From an uncultured Verrucomicrobiae bacterium (GTDB taxonomy: Bacteria; Verrucomicrobiota; Verrucomicrobiia; Chthoniobacterales; JAFAMB01), in contig CAWEXO010000013.1 in assembly GCA_963813025.1 (NCBI GenBank), forward strand, positions 416,001-480,000: 64,000 bases of DNA, in the 5' to 3' direction. The notes under the pieces were generated by a model, which was given only the letters and a program-made list of their open reading frames with translations, made no database searches and was not told the DNA's origin. Positions 1-10,999 of this stretch are shown here, one piece after another; positions within the stretch are counted from its first letter, which is position 1; the number at the start of each line of letters is the position of its first letter. A program made the translations under genes and the position numbers.

Positions 1-813
1 TTTGTCCACGGCGATATCTGTGACATCAAGCTTGTTCGCGAAGTCATGGACGGTATCGATATTGTCTTCCACGAAGCGGCCATTCGAATCACGCAATGCG
101 CCGAGGATCCGCGATTGGCTCATGATGTGCTGGCGACCGGCACATTTAATCTCCTGGAAGCCGCTGTGGCAGCTGACGTGAAACGATTCGTCTATGCTTC
201 CTCCGCTTCGATCTATGGCCAAGCCGAGGCCTTTCCGACCGATGAGATTCATCATGGTTATGGCAACCGAACCATCTATGGAACAGTCAAACTATATGGA
301 GAAGGCCTCCTCCGCAGTTTTTATGAGATGTACGGTCTCAATTATGTCGCGCTCCGCTACTTCAATGTGTACGGCCCGCGGATGGACGCTTTCGGCGTCT
401 ACACCGAGGTGATGATCCGTTGGATGGAGCGCCTGACTAAGGGGCAGCCCTGTTTGATTCTCGGCGACGGCAGTCAAACGATGGACTTTGTGTATGTTGA
501 CGACGTCGCTCGAGCCAATACGATGGCCGCTAACTCCTCGATTACGGACGACGTGATCAATATCGCGAGCGGAACGGAAACAAGTTTGACTCAATTAGCC
601 ACGACTTTGGGCAATGTGATGGGAGTGAACCTGACACCTGAATATGGTCCGGCGCGGAAAGCTACGCCGATGTGGAGGAGGCTCGCTGATGTGCAGAAGG
701 CACAGCGCCGACTCGGTTTTAAGGCCCAGGTGTCATTGGAGGAGGGGCTCCGGCGGCTTGTCCACTGGTGGTTGGACGCACGCAAGGCTCAACTGGCCAA
801 CGCATCGGCCTGA
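1..813 (+). CDS. NAD-dependent epimerase/dehydratase (extended SDR), 5' end outside window
   Basis: Open frame from base 1 (FVHGDICD...); motifs ASSASIYG, YGTVK (YxxxK), LRYFNVYGPR, GDGSQTMDFVYVDDVA. Confidence 0.9.
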   Translation, partial: FVHGDICDIKLVREVMDGIDIVFHEAAIRITQCAEDPRLAHDVLATGTFNLLEAAVAADVKRFVYASSASIYGQAEAFPTDEIHHGYGNRTIYGTVKLYGEGLLRSFYEMYGLNYVALRYFNVYGPRMDAFGVYTEVMIRWMERLTKGQPCLILGDGSQTMDFVYVDDVARANTMAANSSITDDVINIASGTETSLTQLATTLGNVMGVNLTPEYGPARKATPMWRRLADVQKAQRRLGFKAQVSLEEGLRRLVHWWLDARKAQLANASA

Positions 814-871
814 GCGGTGTCGAGGCACCGTCCAGCCGGGTGCATCGTCAGGGCTGCCAAGAGTTTTCTCT

Positions 872-2014
872 ATGATTCCAATTGCAAAACCTTCATTGGA
901 TGAACGCGAGGCCGATGCGGCGCGCCGGGTTATTCTTTCGGGCTGGATCACTCAGGGCCCGGAAGTCGCTTCGTTTGAGCGTGAGTTCGCGGCAAGCGTA
1001 GGGGCGCGCAATGCCTGCGCGGTTTCTAACTGTACCACGGCGTTGCATCTCGCGTTGCTGGCGGCCGGGGTCGGCACCGGCAATGAGGTGATCACCGTCA
1101 GCCATTCTTATATCGCTACCGCTAACAGCGTTCGTTACTGCGGCGCGACACCTGTGTTCGTCGACATCGAGCCGTGGACCTACAACATCGATCCGGACCT
1201 GGTCGAAGCGGCGATAACGCCCAAAACCCGGGCAATCCTTTGTGTGCACCAGATCGGAATGCCATGCGATCTGCGACGCCTGGTACAGATCGCCGCAAAA
1301 CACTCGCTGCCCCTTATTGAAGACGCTGCCTGTGCGATTGGCAGCGAGATCCAATCGAACGGAGTCTGGGAACGGATCGGCAAACCTCATGGTGACGCCG
1401 CGTGTTTTTCCTTTCATCCCCGGAAGATTCTATCCACGGGCGATGGTGGAATGATCACCACGAAACACCCCGACTGGGACGCGAAGTTTCGCTTGTGGCG
1501 ACAACATTCCATGTCGGTTCCGGATACGGTCCGTCATGCGGCTAACACGATCATCTTCGAGAGCTACCCGGAAATGGGGTTCAACTATCGGATGACTGAC
1601 GTGCAGGCGGCGATCGGGCGAGAACAGCTCAAACGTCTTCCGGAACTCGTGGCAGTTCGGCGTAAGAAGGCGGCAAGGTATCATGATCTGCTCTCCGAAA
1701 TTCCTGGGCTTCGAGTTCCCATTGAACCATCCTGGGTGCGAACCAACTGGCAAAGCTATTGTGTGGGCCTTCCTTCGGGCGTCGAGCAACGCCGAGTGAT
1801 GCAGTCCTTGTTGGATGACGGCATTGCCACGCGTCGCGGCATCATGTGCGCACATCGCGAACCGGCCTACCCGGCTTCGACCTGGAGAGCGTTTGGATCG
1901 CTCACGCAAAGTGAGGGCGCGCAGGATGATTGTATCCTCCTGCCGCTTTTCCATGATCTCACCCGGAAACAGCAGCAACATGTAGTTTCTCGGTTAGAAG
2001 CTGCCCTCTCTTGA
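872..2014 (+). CDS. DegT/DnrJ/EryC1/StrS family sugar aminotransferase
   Basis: Start MIPIAKP at 872; motifs SNCTTALHLAL, IEDAAC, FSFHPRKILSTGDGG, GFNYRMTD. Confidence 0.92.
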   Translation: MIPIAKPSLDEREADAARRVILSGWITQGPEVASFEREFAASVGARNACAVSNCTTALHLALLAAGVGTGNEVITVSHSYIATANSVRYCGATPVFVDIEPWTYNIDPDLVEAAITPKTRAILCVHQIGMPCDLRRLVQIAAKHSLPLIEDAACAIGSEIQSNGVWERIGKPHGDAACFSFHPRKILSTGDGGMITTKHPDWDAKFRLWRQHSMSVPDTVRHAANTIIFESYPEMGFNYRMTDVQAAIGREQLKRLPELVAVRRKKAARYHDLLSEIPGLRVPIEPSWVRTNWQSYCVGLPSGVEQRRVMQSLLDDGIATRRGIMCAHREPAYPASTWRAFGSLTQSEGAQDDCILLPLFHDLTRKQQQHVVSRLEAALS

Positions 2015-2124
2015 GCCCGGCCGGAGCCTGCGCAATCGCAAATCGTAAATGACAAATCGCACAGAGAGCATTTGGCCCTGAAGCGACTACTCTCCTGCAG
2101 CCGCTTAAATGCTTCAATTGCCGT

Positions 2125-3735
2125 ATGACCGAGATCGGATCCCCGAGCACCACACGTGCGCCTTGCCCTGAATTAGCGGAATCAGACTCCTCCGCGAACG
2201 TTCTGAAGGCCGAGCCTTTTCCGAGGGACAGTGACTCCGAAGCGCCCTCGCACGGAGAAGCCCTGAAATCGACCTCGATCATCGGTGGATCGACCGCGAT
2301 TGTCATGCTGATCCGGATCGTGCGGACTAAAGTGCTGGCGCAATTACTGGGTCCCGCTGGAATCGGGCTCGAAGCAATTTACGATTCGGTCGTGAGTGTG
2401 GCCAGAACTGCGGCCGATCTGGGGATCAGCAGTTCGGGCGTACGCCAGATCGCGGCAGCCGTCGGTGCGGGCAGCGATCTCTTGATCGCCACGACCGTCT
2501 TCACGCTACGGAGGACTTGCCTGCTTCTTGCCGCGATTGGAGCAGGCGGCTTTTTCCTTGGACGTGAACCAATCAGCCGGCTCGCGTTGGGGAACACCGA
2601 TCACGCCTCTGATATAGGACTGCTTTCGCTCATGCTCTTTTGTGGAGTTTTGGTGGGCGGCCAAGGCGCTCTTTTGCAAGGCATGCGCCGGATTGGTGAT
2701 CTGGCAAAGATGAACATCTTTGGCGCGGTGATCGGCGCCGCGGTGAGCATTCCAATTGTCTTTCTCTGGGGTCGCGCCGGGATTCCGGTTTACATGGTGC
2801 TAGCGGCAGCTGTTGGTGTACTGATTTCCTGGTTTTACGCTCGCCGTGTTCGATTAGAGCAAATAAGAATTTCGCTACGACAAGTTTCGACAGAAGCGCG
2901 CGCTCTGCTGAGTTTGGGATTCGTATTTCTTGCTTCAGGTCTTATGACCACCGGCGCACTGTTTCTGCTTCGCGTCTTTGTCATTCACCAGGAAGGTTTA
3001 ACTGGCGCCGGTCAATTTCAGGCGGCCAATGCGCTTTCTATGGTCTATGTGGGGTTTGTCCTACAAGCGATGGGAACGGATTTCTATCCGCGGTTGACCG
3101 CGGTGGCGGGTGACAATCGCAGGTGCAATCGCCTGGTAAACGAGCAGGCAGATGTCTCGATTCTTTTGGCGCTGCCCGGGATTCTGGCGACGATCGCGCT
3201 CGCGCCCTTAGTAATCCAACTCTTTTACTCCAGTAAGTTCGACAAAGCGGCAGAAATCCTTTGCTGGCAGGCGGTCGGGATGTATCTCCGAGTAAATTCG
3301 TGGCCAATGGGGTTTATCATTTTAGCCAAAGGTCGCGGCACCGCCTTCTTTTGGACGGACGTGGTTTCTTACAGCGTTTATATTGGCTTAGGATGGCTCG
3401 GCTTAAAGGTGTTCGGTCTGGCTGGAACCGGGATGGCTTTCCTGGGCCTCTACCTGTTTCATTGGTGCGTCGTTTACGCTGTGGTGCGGAAGATGTCCGA
3501 CTTCCGGCTCTCCCGGCAAAACATGCGGCTTTCGCTGCTCGGCGCGGCGACCTGCGCCATTACGTTGTTTGCACGTCTAACGTTTGCCGATCCTTGGGCG
3601 ACAACAATTGGCTGTACTCTGGCGATCGTCACGGGGGTGTACAGCCTGGCGACGTTAATTCGCCTGGTCGGCCGGGAAAAATTCGATCGTTCTCTCCGTA
3701 AAGTTGGCTTGGGGCGACTTGGAGCTAGGAGCTAG
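2125..3735 (+). CDS. wzx: O-antigen/polysaccharide flippase (Wzx, MOP superfamily)
   Basis: Multiple TM helices; RTKVLAQLLGPAGIG and MGTDFYPRL motifs typical of O-antigen translocases; true start may be later. Confidence 0.85.
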   Translation: MTEIGSPSTTRAPCPELAESDSSANVLKAEPFPRDSDSEAPSHGEALKSTSIIGGSTAIVMLIRIVRTKVLAQLLGPAGIGLEAIYDSVVSVARTAADLGISSSGVRQIAAAVGAGSDLLIATTVFTLRRTCLLLAAIGAGGFFLGREPISRLALGNTDHASDIGLLSLMLFCGVLVGGQGALLQGMRRIGDLAKMNIFGAVIGAAVSIPIVFLWGRAGIPVYMVLAAAVGVLISWFYARRVRLEQIRISLRQVSTEARALLSLGFVFLASGLMTTGALFLLRVFVIHQEGLTGAGQFQAANALSMVYVGFVLQAMGTDFYPRLTAVAGDNRRCNRLVNEQADVSILLALPGILATIALAPLVIQLFYSSKFDKAAEILCWQAVGMYLRVNSWPMGFIILAKGRGTAFFWTDVVSYSVYIGLGWLGLKVFGLAGTGMAFLGLYLFHWCVVYAVVRKMSDFRLSRQNMRLSLLGAATCAITLFARLTFADPWATTIGCTLAIVTGVYSLATLIRLVGREKFDRSLRKVGLGRLGARS

Positions 3736-5978
3736 GAGGTGCAGTGAGTCAGAGCCTCGTTGAGTGACTTGTTTAATGCGATGATCGGCATTCTTATATC
3801 TCCAGCGGAAGGGTGTGGCGGTTTTGTTGTACTGCCTGATGTAGCGAATCAGCTTTCTGGAGAGGTCGGTTGTAGAAGTGAAGATTCCGCGAGCGATGAC
3901 ATCGCGTTGGATTTTGGAAAACCAGATCTCGACTTGATTGAGCCAACTGGAATAGGTCGGGGTGTAGTGGATCCGAACCGTTGGATTGGCCTGGAGGAAC
4001 TCGAAAACATGCTTGGTTTTATGTGCGCTCAAGTTGTCGGCGACGATGTGAATCTCTCGGCCATCGGGCTGGCTGGCGACGATCTGGCCGAGAAAGCCGA
4101 CAAACTCAGCACTGGTATGCCTAGCGGTGGTCTTTCCCATAACGTCGCCGGTGCGAGTGTCGAGCGCCGCATACAGTGAGAGGGTGCCGTGACGAAAATA
4201 CTCAAAGCCATGTCGTTCAGCTCGGCCGGGGGAAAGAGGCAAAACTGGGTCAAGTCGATCGAGCGCTTGGATAGCGCTCTTCTCATCGACGCAGAAGACC
4301 GCGGCGTTTACCGGTGGCTCAAGATACAAGCCAATGATATCTGCCGCCTTCTCTTCAAACTCAGGATCATCGCTGGCCATGTAACCACGCAGCCGATGAG
4401 GCTGAATGCCGAAATGGCGCCAGACACGGCTCACGCTCGACTGGCTAATGCCCAGATCTTTTGCCAGCCGATAGCTGCTCCAGTGGGTCGTACCGTCCTT
4501 GGGACCCTGACGCGTGAGTTCCAAGATACGCGCCTCGGTCTCAGCTGTACGGGTTCGGCGTGGACTACCGCGATAACGCGAATCGAGTCCCGCCAACCGC
4601 TCCTCTTGAAAGCGCTTCTTCCACTCCCGGATATACTCATCACTGCAATCCAGCCGCTGCCGAACTTCCCGGTAAGAATGACCTGATGCCAACATCAAAA
4701 TGACCTCTGCACGTTTGACTAACTCCATCGCCAGAGACCGTTTCCGCGCCCTGCGCTTCAATTCACGCCGCTCAGGCGGCGCCAACACAATTCTGCCTAA
4801 ACTCACGCCAGATAGCGTACAACATAATCGCACAACTAGTGCGGCGTAGCGTTTAAACCTGATACGGGATTGATACGACGCTCTGCTGATCGGTAGGTCC
4901 ACTTAAAGGGTTTGGCCTTCATGTTATAGCGTCGGATATAGGTCATGAGTTTTTTAGCCAAGTCTTTGACCGAACGGAAGATTCCGCGGGCGATGACGTC
5001 GCGTTGGATCTTGGAAAACCAGATCTCGACTTGGTTAAGCCATGAAGAATAGGTCGGTGTAAAATGGATCCGCACGTGGCGATGACGATCGATAAACTGC
5101 CAGACTCTGGAGGTGCGATGTGCCGAGAGATTATCTGCGATAATGTGGATCTGCTGGCCCTCGGGAAAGCTGGCGACGATCTGTTCAAGAAAAGCAACAA
5201 ACTCGGCACTGGTGTGACGAGGCACAGTTTGGCCCAGCACCTGGCCGGTTTTGGTGTTGAGCGCTGCGTAGAGCGAAAGCGTGCCGTGACGGTAGTACTC
5301 AAAACCGTGCCGCTCGGCTCTTCCGGGCGAGAGCGGCAACACTGGATCGAGCCGGTCCAGCGCTTGGATGGCGCTCTTTTCGTCGACGCAGAAAACTGCG
5401 GCATTGACCGGAGGCTTCAGATACAAACCAATGATATCAGCAGCCTTGGTTTCAAAATCCGGGTCGTCGCTGGCCATGTAGCGGCGCAGGCGGTGCGGCT
5501 GCAGTCCGGCTTTGGCCAGAACACGGGCGACTCGGGTATGGTTGGTGCCAAGTTCGGCCGCCAACTTCCGAGTACTCCAGTGCGTCGAGCCATCCGTGGG
5601 TTTATGTCGGGCCGCGGCCAAAATCTGAGCTTCGAGCTTGGCGCTCTGTTGGCTGGCTACCTTGCCACGATGACGACTGAAAAGACCTGCCAAACGTTCC
5701 TCCATAAAGCGCTTCAGCCAAAGTCGCACGGTGTTGATGCTGCATCCCAGTTGCCGACTTACCGCCCATTGCGATCTGCCGCTAGCAATCAAGAGGACAA
5801 TCTTGGCTCGCTGCACCTCCTCTGCTCGCCCGCTACGGGATCGGACCCGCTGCCTAAGTCGTCGACGTTCTGGCGGAGAAAGAACCAATCGTTTTAACAC
5901 TCCTTTTTGCTATCAGATCATCATATCAGAAGTCAATGCTACAATGCACTAGTCACCGACTTATTGCACCCCCCCTAG
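3732..5978 (-). mobile_element. IS630 family element A, with element B nested in its left end
   Basis: CTAG-flanked imperfect IRs GGTGCAGTGAGTC / GGTGCAATAAGTC; transposase from GTG 4806 with VFCVDEKS, IVADNLSAHK, SWLNQVEIWF; ORF reads past the right end to 3655. Confidence 0.88.
4836..5952 (-). mobile_element. IS630 family element B, intact transposase 5900-4836
   Basis: IRs TAGTGCATTGTAGCATT / TAGTGCGGCGTAGCGTT, CTAG at both ends; DDE motifs; stop codon lies in the terminal CTAG. Confidence 0.93.
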
Positions 5979-6184
5979 ATTCTAGCTCCTAGCGGCTCCA
6001 AGTCGCACAAACCTTCGCGCAGGGGGCTAATCCCTCCGGAGTAGTCAAACAAAACAAATCAGTACAGTCGACCGTTGAAGAGTCGTTCTGTCAGGGACGG
6101 GATAACGAGCGCCGAAATCACACGCCCGCCCGGTAGCAGCCTGCGCTGAGCCAGGTGGATTATACACAGAGATCTATAACAAAA

Positions 6185-7489
6185 ATGGATAAAAGTTTAA
6201 ACCCAACAATCGGAGTAGTGGGTCTTGGCTACGTCGGGCTGCCTTTGTCACTCCAGTTCGCCCGAAGCGGAACGCGAGTGCTTGGCTTCGATATTGACCC
6301 GGAAAAGGTAAACGCAATTAACGCGAGTCGAAGTTACATCAGACACGTTCCGTCCGCGACAATTGCAGAACAGGTAGAAAAACGTCGTCTGGCGTCTACC
6401 ACGGACTTCTCTCGGGTGAGAGAAGTGGACGCGGTGATTATTTGTGTGCCGACACCGCTCAACAAGAATCGCGAGCCGGATATTTCGTTCATCTTAAAGA
6501 CTGGTTCGGCGATTGCTCCTCATCTCCGACCGGGGATGCTAGTCGCTTTGGAGTCCACCACCTATCCCGGGACAACCGACGAGGATTTACGCGCAGTGCT
6601 GGAGGATGGATCGGGTCTGAAGGCTGGATTGGATTTCCATCTCGCTTTTTCGCCGGAACGCGAAGATCCAGCCAATCCGGCGAGCAAAGTAGGAGAGGTA
6701 CCGAAGCTTGTTGGAGGCCTGACACCAGCCTGTCTGGAGAAGGCTGTTCAGGTGTACGGCTGGGCGATCAAGACGATTGTACCTGTTTCATCCTGCCGAG
6801 TAGCCGAAGCGGCCAAACTACTCGAAAATATTTTTCGCAGTGTTAATATCGCTCTGGTGAACGAGCTGAAGCTCGTCTATGCCTCGATGGGAATTGATAT
6901 TTGGGAGGTAATCAGCGCGGCCAAGACCAAACCGTTTGGCTTTATGCCTTTCTATCCCGGGCCTGGGCTGGGTGGCCATTGTATTCCAATCGATCCGTTC
7001 TATCTGACTTGGAAGGCAAGGGAGTTTAATCACTCGACCCGGTTTATCGAGTTGGCGGGAGAGATTAACACCTCCATGCCCGCCCACATCGTCGAACGAG
7101 TTGGGGAAGCGCTGAACGCAGCTCGGAAATCGATCAACGGATCTAATGTGCTGGTTTTGGGACTTGCCTACAAGCCAAATGTCGATGACGAGCGCGAGTC
7201 GCCGAGCTACCGGATCATGGAGTTGTTGAAGCACCGCGGCGCGCAGGTAGCCTATCACGATCCTTACGTGCCGATCATCCGACAGACGCGGGAGCACTCA
7301 CAGTGGGCGGGCACAAAGTCCATTCCCTGGAAGGAATCTGTGGTAAGGTCATTCGATGCAGTGGTAGTTGCTACGGCGCACGCCAGCGTAAATTATGATG
7401 AACTTGCCCGTTGGGCTCATTGCATCGTGGACACGAGAAATGCGATGGCCACTATCGGGGAAGCAATCGGAAAAGTCTGGAAAGCCTGA
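6185..7489 (+). CDS. UDP-N-acetyl-D-glucosamine 6-dehydrogenase (WbpA/TviB-like nucleotide sugar dehydrogenase)
   Basis: GLGYVGLPL, ICVPTP, ESTTYPGTT, FSPEREDP, GPGLGGHCIPIDP, GLAYKPNVDDERESP. Confidence 0.92.
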   Translation: MDKSLNPTIGVVGLGYVGLPLSLQFARSGTRVLGFDIDPEKVNAINASRSYIRHVPSATIAEQVEKRRLASTTDFSRVREVDAVIICVPTPLNKNREPDISFILKTGSAIAPHLRPGMLVALESTTYPGTTDEDLRAVLEDGSGLKAGLDFHLAFSPEREDPANPASKVGEVPKLVGGLTPACLEKAVQVYGWAIKTIVPVSSCRVAEAAKLLENIFRSVNIALVNELKLVYASMGIDIWEVISAAKTKPFGFMPFYPGPGLGGHCIPIDPFYLTWKAREFNHSTRFIELAGEINTSMPAHIVERVGEALNAARKSINGSNVLVLGLAYKPNVDDERESPSYRIMELLKHRGAQVAYHDPYVPIIRQTREHSQWAGTKSIPWKESVVRSFDAVVVATAHASVNYDELARWAHCIVDTRNAMATIGEAIGKVWKA

Positions 7490-8175
7490 TGTTGAGCTGG
7501 CCTTTGCGCTTACAGCTGGCGAAGCGCTGCACCACTTTATGGCCAACCCGATGCGGCTGGCTCTGTCTGATCGTGGTTACCTTGATGCCTGCGCTTTGGT
7601 TGGCGTTCCAAGGCGAATCCTTTTTGTCCAAAACAGACCGCTTATCGGCCGACGTGCTGGTGGTTGAAGGCTGGATCGGGAGGAATGCAATTCAGGCTGC
7701 TGCGCAGGAATTCAGGCAGCGCCACTATACCTATCTTGTGGCGAGCGGTGGCTTGACTTCCGCTGAGCATTGGCAGAAAGGCGGGGATAGTTATGCCGAC
7801 CTGGCGGCAAACGAGCTAAAGCGCGCCGGAATTGCTTCTGAAAACATCGTTGTGGCGAGCGCGACGTCGCCGGAACGACAGCGGACTTTTGAGTCCGCAT
7901 TTGAAGCAAAAGTGGCCCTCTCCAAGAGAAACATCCACCCAAAATCGATCAATGTGTTTACCTGGGGTCCGCATGCCCGGCGTAGCCGGCTAGTGTTCGC
8001 GAAAGCCTTTTCAAATGAAACTGCAGTCGGCGTGATCAGTTGGACACCACCCAGTTATTCGGATCAGCCATGGTGGAGTTCCAGCGAGCGCGCGAAGGAT
8101 TTTCTCACAGAATCCGTGGGTTATCTGTTTGAGGTTGGGTTCAACTCTGGTCGCCATGACAGCCCGCATACATGA
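7489..8175 (+). CDS. YdcF/ElyC-like (DUF218) envelope protein
   Basis: TGATG overlap with the upstream stop; N-terminal TM; ADVLVVEGW, RTFESA, HARRSRLVF. Confidence 0.75.
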   Translation: MLSWPLRLQLAKRCTTLWPTRCGWLCLIVVTLMPALWLAFQGESFLSKTDRLSADVLVVEGWIGRNAIQAAAQEFRQRHYTYLVASGGLTSAEHWQKGGDSYADLAANELKRAGIASENIVVASATSPERQRTFESAFEAKVALSKRNIHPKSINVFTWGPHARRSRLVFAKAFSNETAVGVISWTPPSYSDQPWWSSSERAKDFLTESVGYLFEVGFNSGRHDSPHT

Positions 8176-8194
8176 TGACAAATGCGCACGCAGG

Positions 8195-8292
8195 GTAGGA
8201 CGCGCGTCCCCAGCGTATCGGACCTTGGCCGATAAGATCGGGCGACGCTCACAGCCTGGAAGAGTCTTACGGTAAGACGGGCATCCTGCCCA
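8195..8292. repeat. GTAG-type REP-like palindromic cluster
   Basis: GTAGGAC...GTCTTAC arms, palindrome GTCTTAC-G-GTAAGAC (8264-8278), hairpin GGGCA-TCC-TGCCC; lies between convergent genes. Confidence 0.45.
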
Positions 8293-8460
8293 AAGCGAAC
8301 TTCCGAAGGGTGACCTGGAGCGATTTTTGGTTTTGACCCGGCTTGCTCTCCTTCCACCCGCGAAAAATCCTTTCCACAGTCGATGCCGGCGGCCGCCACA
8401 GCCGCTGGGGCATGTTCGCTTCGGCGATTTCGATCGTACGAGGCCCATCAGCCCGGGACC

Positions 8461-9053
8461 TTATTCGGGCCTAGCCCTTTGGGAGCCGCTTTCGCCGCGT
8501 AGTAGATACGGTTCAACGAGTTCGCACAGCAGGTGAATAATGACTTTGTGTGCCTCCTGGATTTGTGCCGTGACTTGGTGAGGGACCAGGATTTCGACCG
8601 TTCCGAGGCCGCGGCAGGTGCCGCCATCTCGGCCTAACAGGGCGATCGACTGGAGGCCGGTGCTTTTCGCTTGCTCGAGGGCGCGCTCCACGTTGCGTGA
8701 CTTGCCGCTGGTTGTGATTGCGACAAGTATATCGCCCGGTTGCCCAAACGCGCGAATCTGCCGGGCAAATACCTCTTCGAAAGCGTAGTCGTTGGCCGTG
8801 GCCGTTGCAGAGCGCCGTCCGCCGCCAGGCCGATGGCCGAGTAAGGACGACGATCCGAAACGAACCGGCAGGCGAATTCGCTCGCCAGATGGGAGCGGTC
8901 AGCTGCGCTTCCGCCATTGCCACAAGTCAGGAGCTTGTGCTCGCCCAATAAAGCCGACCGCAATAACTCCGCACCTGCCTCGATCTGCGTCTCGAGGCCG
9001 AACACCATTCGGATCGCTCCCAGGGATTCATTCAGACTCTCATGAATAGACAT
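8461..9053 (-). CDS. gmhA: D-sedoheptulose 7-phosphate isomerase, frameshift near 8805 (error or pseudogene)
   Basis: CGNGGSAAD, then after the shift NDYAFEEVFARQI, TSGKSRNV, IQEAHKVIIHLLCE. Confidence 0.85.
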
Positions 9054-9074
9054 CACTATCCGAAATGCTCTCAA

Positions 9075-9250
9075 CGTCATTGCGCGATTTCAAGCGGGAA
9101 GGTGACAGCCAAACAGAGAAACCTAAACGCATGGCCAACCCAAAATCGACCCGATTTTGCCTGTAGCTTCCCTGATCCGCATTGCGGTCGATAAACCTGT
9201 AGCCGAGCGATGCCGTGATTGTTCGAGACAGCGTCCAGCTTGAATCGGGC
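9075..9250 (-). pseudogene. C-terminal remnant of an outer-membrane beta-barrel (EPS-export associated)
   Basis: WTLSRTITASLGYRFIDRNADQGSYRQNRVDFGL, an amphipathic beta-strand pattern. Confidence 0.4.
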
Positions 9251-9904
9251 CTCAGATGTTCCTCAGCCCAGAGCCGGCCTTGGTGAGAGCCGGTGATCGA
9301 GCGGCAGGATCGGACGAAGCCGGAACTCATGGCCCATTGGATGGCCTCCCGGGGTCTCAACATGGTCTCGATACTCGCAGAGAGCACCGTTGATCTGAAA
9401 ACTGTGGGTTCCTATCAAATCAAAATGAAGGCGAAATGAATGGACAGGTTTACGACATTTGCGTGAGCGGAACATACGAGAAAGTGGTCTCCACGGAAAG
9501 GTGCTGGGCTGATTTTTACGCGCTCCGGGACTCTCAGAAAGAAAGTGTTCGCCCGAGCGTGGAAGATTTTTAGGGAAAACCCCTTTGATGCGCGCTTGGG
9601 CACCCAAGATCAATCAGCTCAGCGCCCACTACGGCAAAACTATCTATTCCGTGGTCGTTGAAGGTGATCTGTGAGTGTTGTTCTACGTCGTACTATGCAG
9701 GCATGCCTTCGCGGCGGTCGACGCAAATAGCCGGCACCAAACTCTTTCGCGCAGGTACCCGCAAGATTCAGCGGTCTTCGACGCCACAAAGACGTTCGAT
9801 GACTTTGCGCGGGAGATTAAGGAAATACCAGCCTTCCGCGTGATCATCGTGGACTTTGAAGACTTTGCCAGCCACGTTCTCCCCAATATCAACCTCGTTA
9901 AAAC

Positions 9905-10999
9905 CGCTCTTCGGATAATTTAATGGATAATGGGGCATAGATCGAGCTTTCCGCAGAAGAACAGGATCCGGATTCTGAAGTTAGCAAAAGTACGAAAGCC
10001 CCGAGCAGCATGCTTGAGGCTTTGAATCTTGGAGTTAAAGCCCTCAGTCATGGCATTACAGATAGCATGAGTGAAATAGGTCAACAGATTTCCCAGATGG
10101 ATTTTGAGCATCCGGGCGACTGCCTTAACTGGAACCAACCGGCAGCGACTTGCCCAGCTATACCAGCGATCAAAGAAGCTTTCAGCCTCTGCCGGGTCAG
10201 AACAACTCCAGAAGTCTCTGAAGAGTTCCTTGATTTGCCAGGCTCTGGCGACCTTACATCCGGAGTAGCGCAGAGCTTCAAACTTTAGTCGATCGGCCTC
10301 ACGCCAGTTCTCGGGATTTTTTAACCACACGTACTTGCTGCCGCTGAGCAGATCATTTCCTTCGGAATGCAGCTGCCGATTCTCGGCCCGCCGCACCCGA
10401 TCGACCGCTTCGTTGAGATGCTCGGCAACATGAAACTTGTCATGGACAATCCGGGCTTGGGGTGCTGCCTGGGCCGTAGCACTCAGGTAAGGCTCCCACA
10501 TGTCGATACTGACTGCTTCGACTTTAAGATTCTGCTCGGGACCGAGACGTTTCCAGAGTTCCTGGCATGCTTCGCTAGTCCGGTCCGGTACCACCTCCAA
10601 AACCCGGCTCTGTTCCAGATCAGTCATCAGGCTGATGTAGTCTTGCCCAGAGTTTAACCGCCTCGACCACCCAGGGCTCTTCCAGTCCCAATAACCGCCG
10701 ATAATGCTGCTCCAAACTCTCTGCCATCCATCCCTTTTAGTCTTCGCTTTCCGCATCGCAAACCCGCAATTAAGCGGTGACTAAACAGCCCGGCCGCCCA
10801 CATTCACCTTTGGCAAAGCAACCGCTTTTCGCCAGAAGCCATGGTTCCCATCCGCGCAAGGCCGTAGCGCAGTGCAAGAGAAAAACGGAATAAGTGCCGA
10901 AGGCCGAGCGTCAGCGAGTTATGCCGGATTTTCTCTTGCACGAAGCGGAGTCCTTGCGCTACCAAGGCGGCGACTATCCACGAAATTATCCGAAGAACC
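9905..10999 (-). mobile_element. ISL3 family element with internally deleted transposase
   Basis: IRs CGCTCTTCGGATAATTT / GGTTCTTCGGATAATTT; AT-rich duplication TTAAAAC / TTAAAAAC; N-terminus MAESLEQHYRRLLGLEEPW (ATG 10727) joined out of frame to GQDYISL...DMWEPY...DKFHV...EGFNSKIQ. Confidence 0.88.

Larger units (their letters stand above)
3714..6006. repeat. Long inverted repeat (REP- or terminator-like hairpin) split by the IS630 nest
   Basis: Left arm GCGACTTGGAGCTAGGAGCTAG (3714-3735) and right arm CTAGCTCCTAGCGGCTCCAAGTCGC (5982-6006) are reverse complements apart from a 3-nt bulge. Confidence 0.8.

Noticed and set aside
2030..2060. AAATCGC-type heptamer repeats (also ~45450-45480)
   Set aside because: Short degenerate intergenic repeats with no evidence of function
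5064..5897. Long antisense ORFs over transposases (also 58490-59374, 35300-35899)
   Set aside because: Shadow frames of GC-rich transposase genes with no motifs
9260..9410. Possible group II intron RT C-terminus (PELMAHW)
   Set aside because: Single short motif with no domain V/VI following
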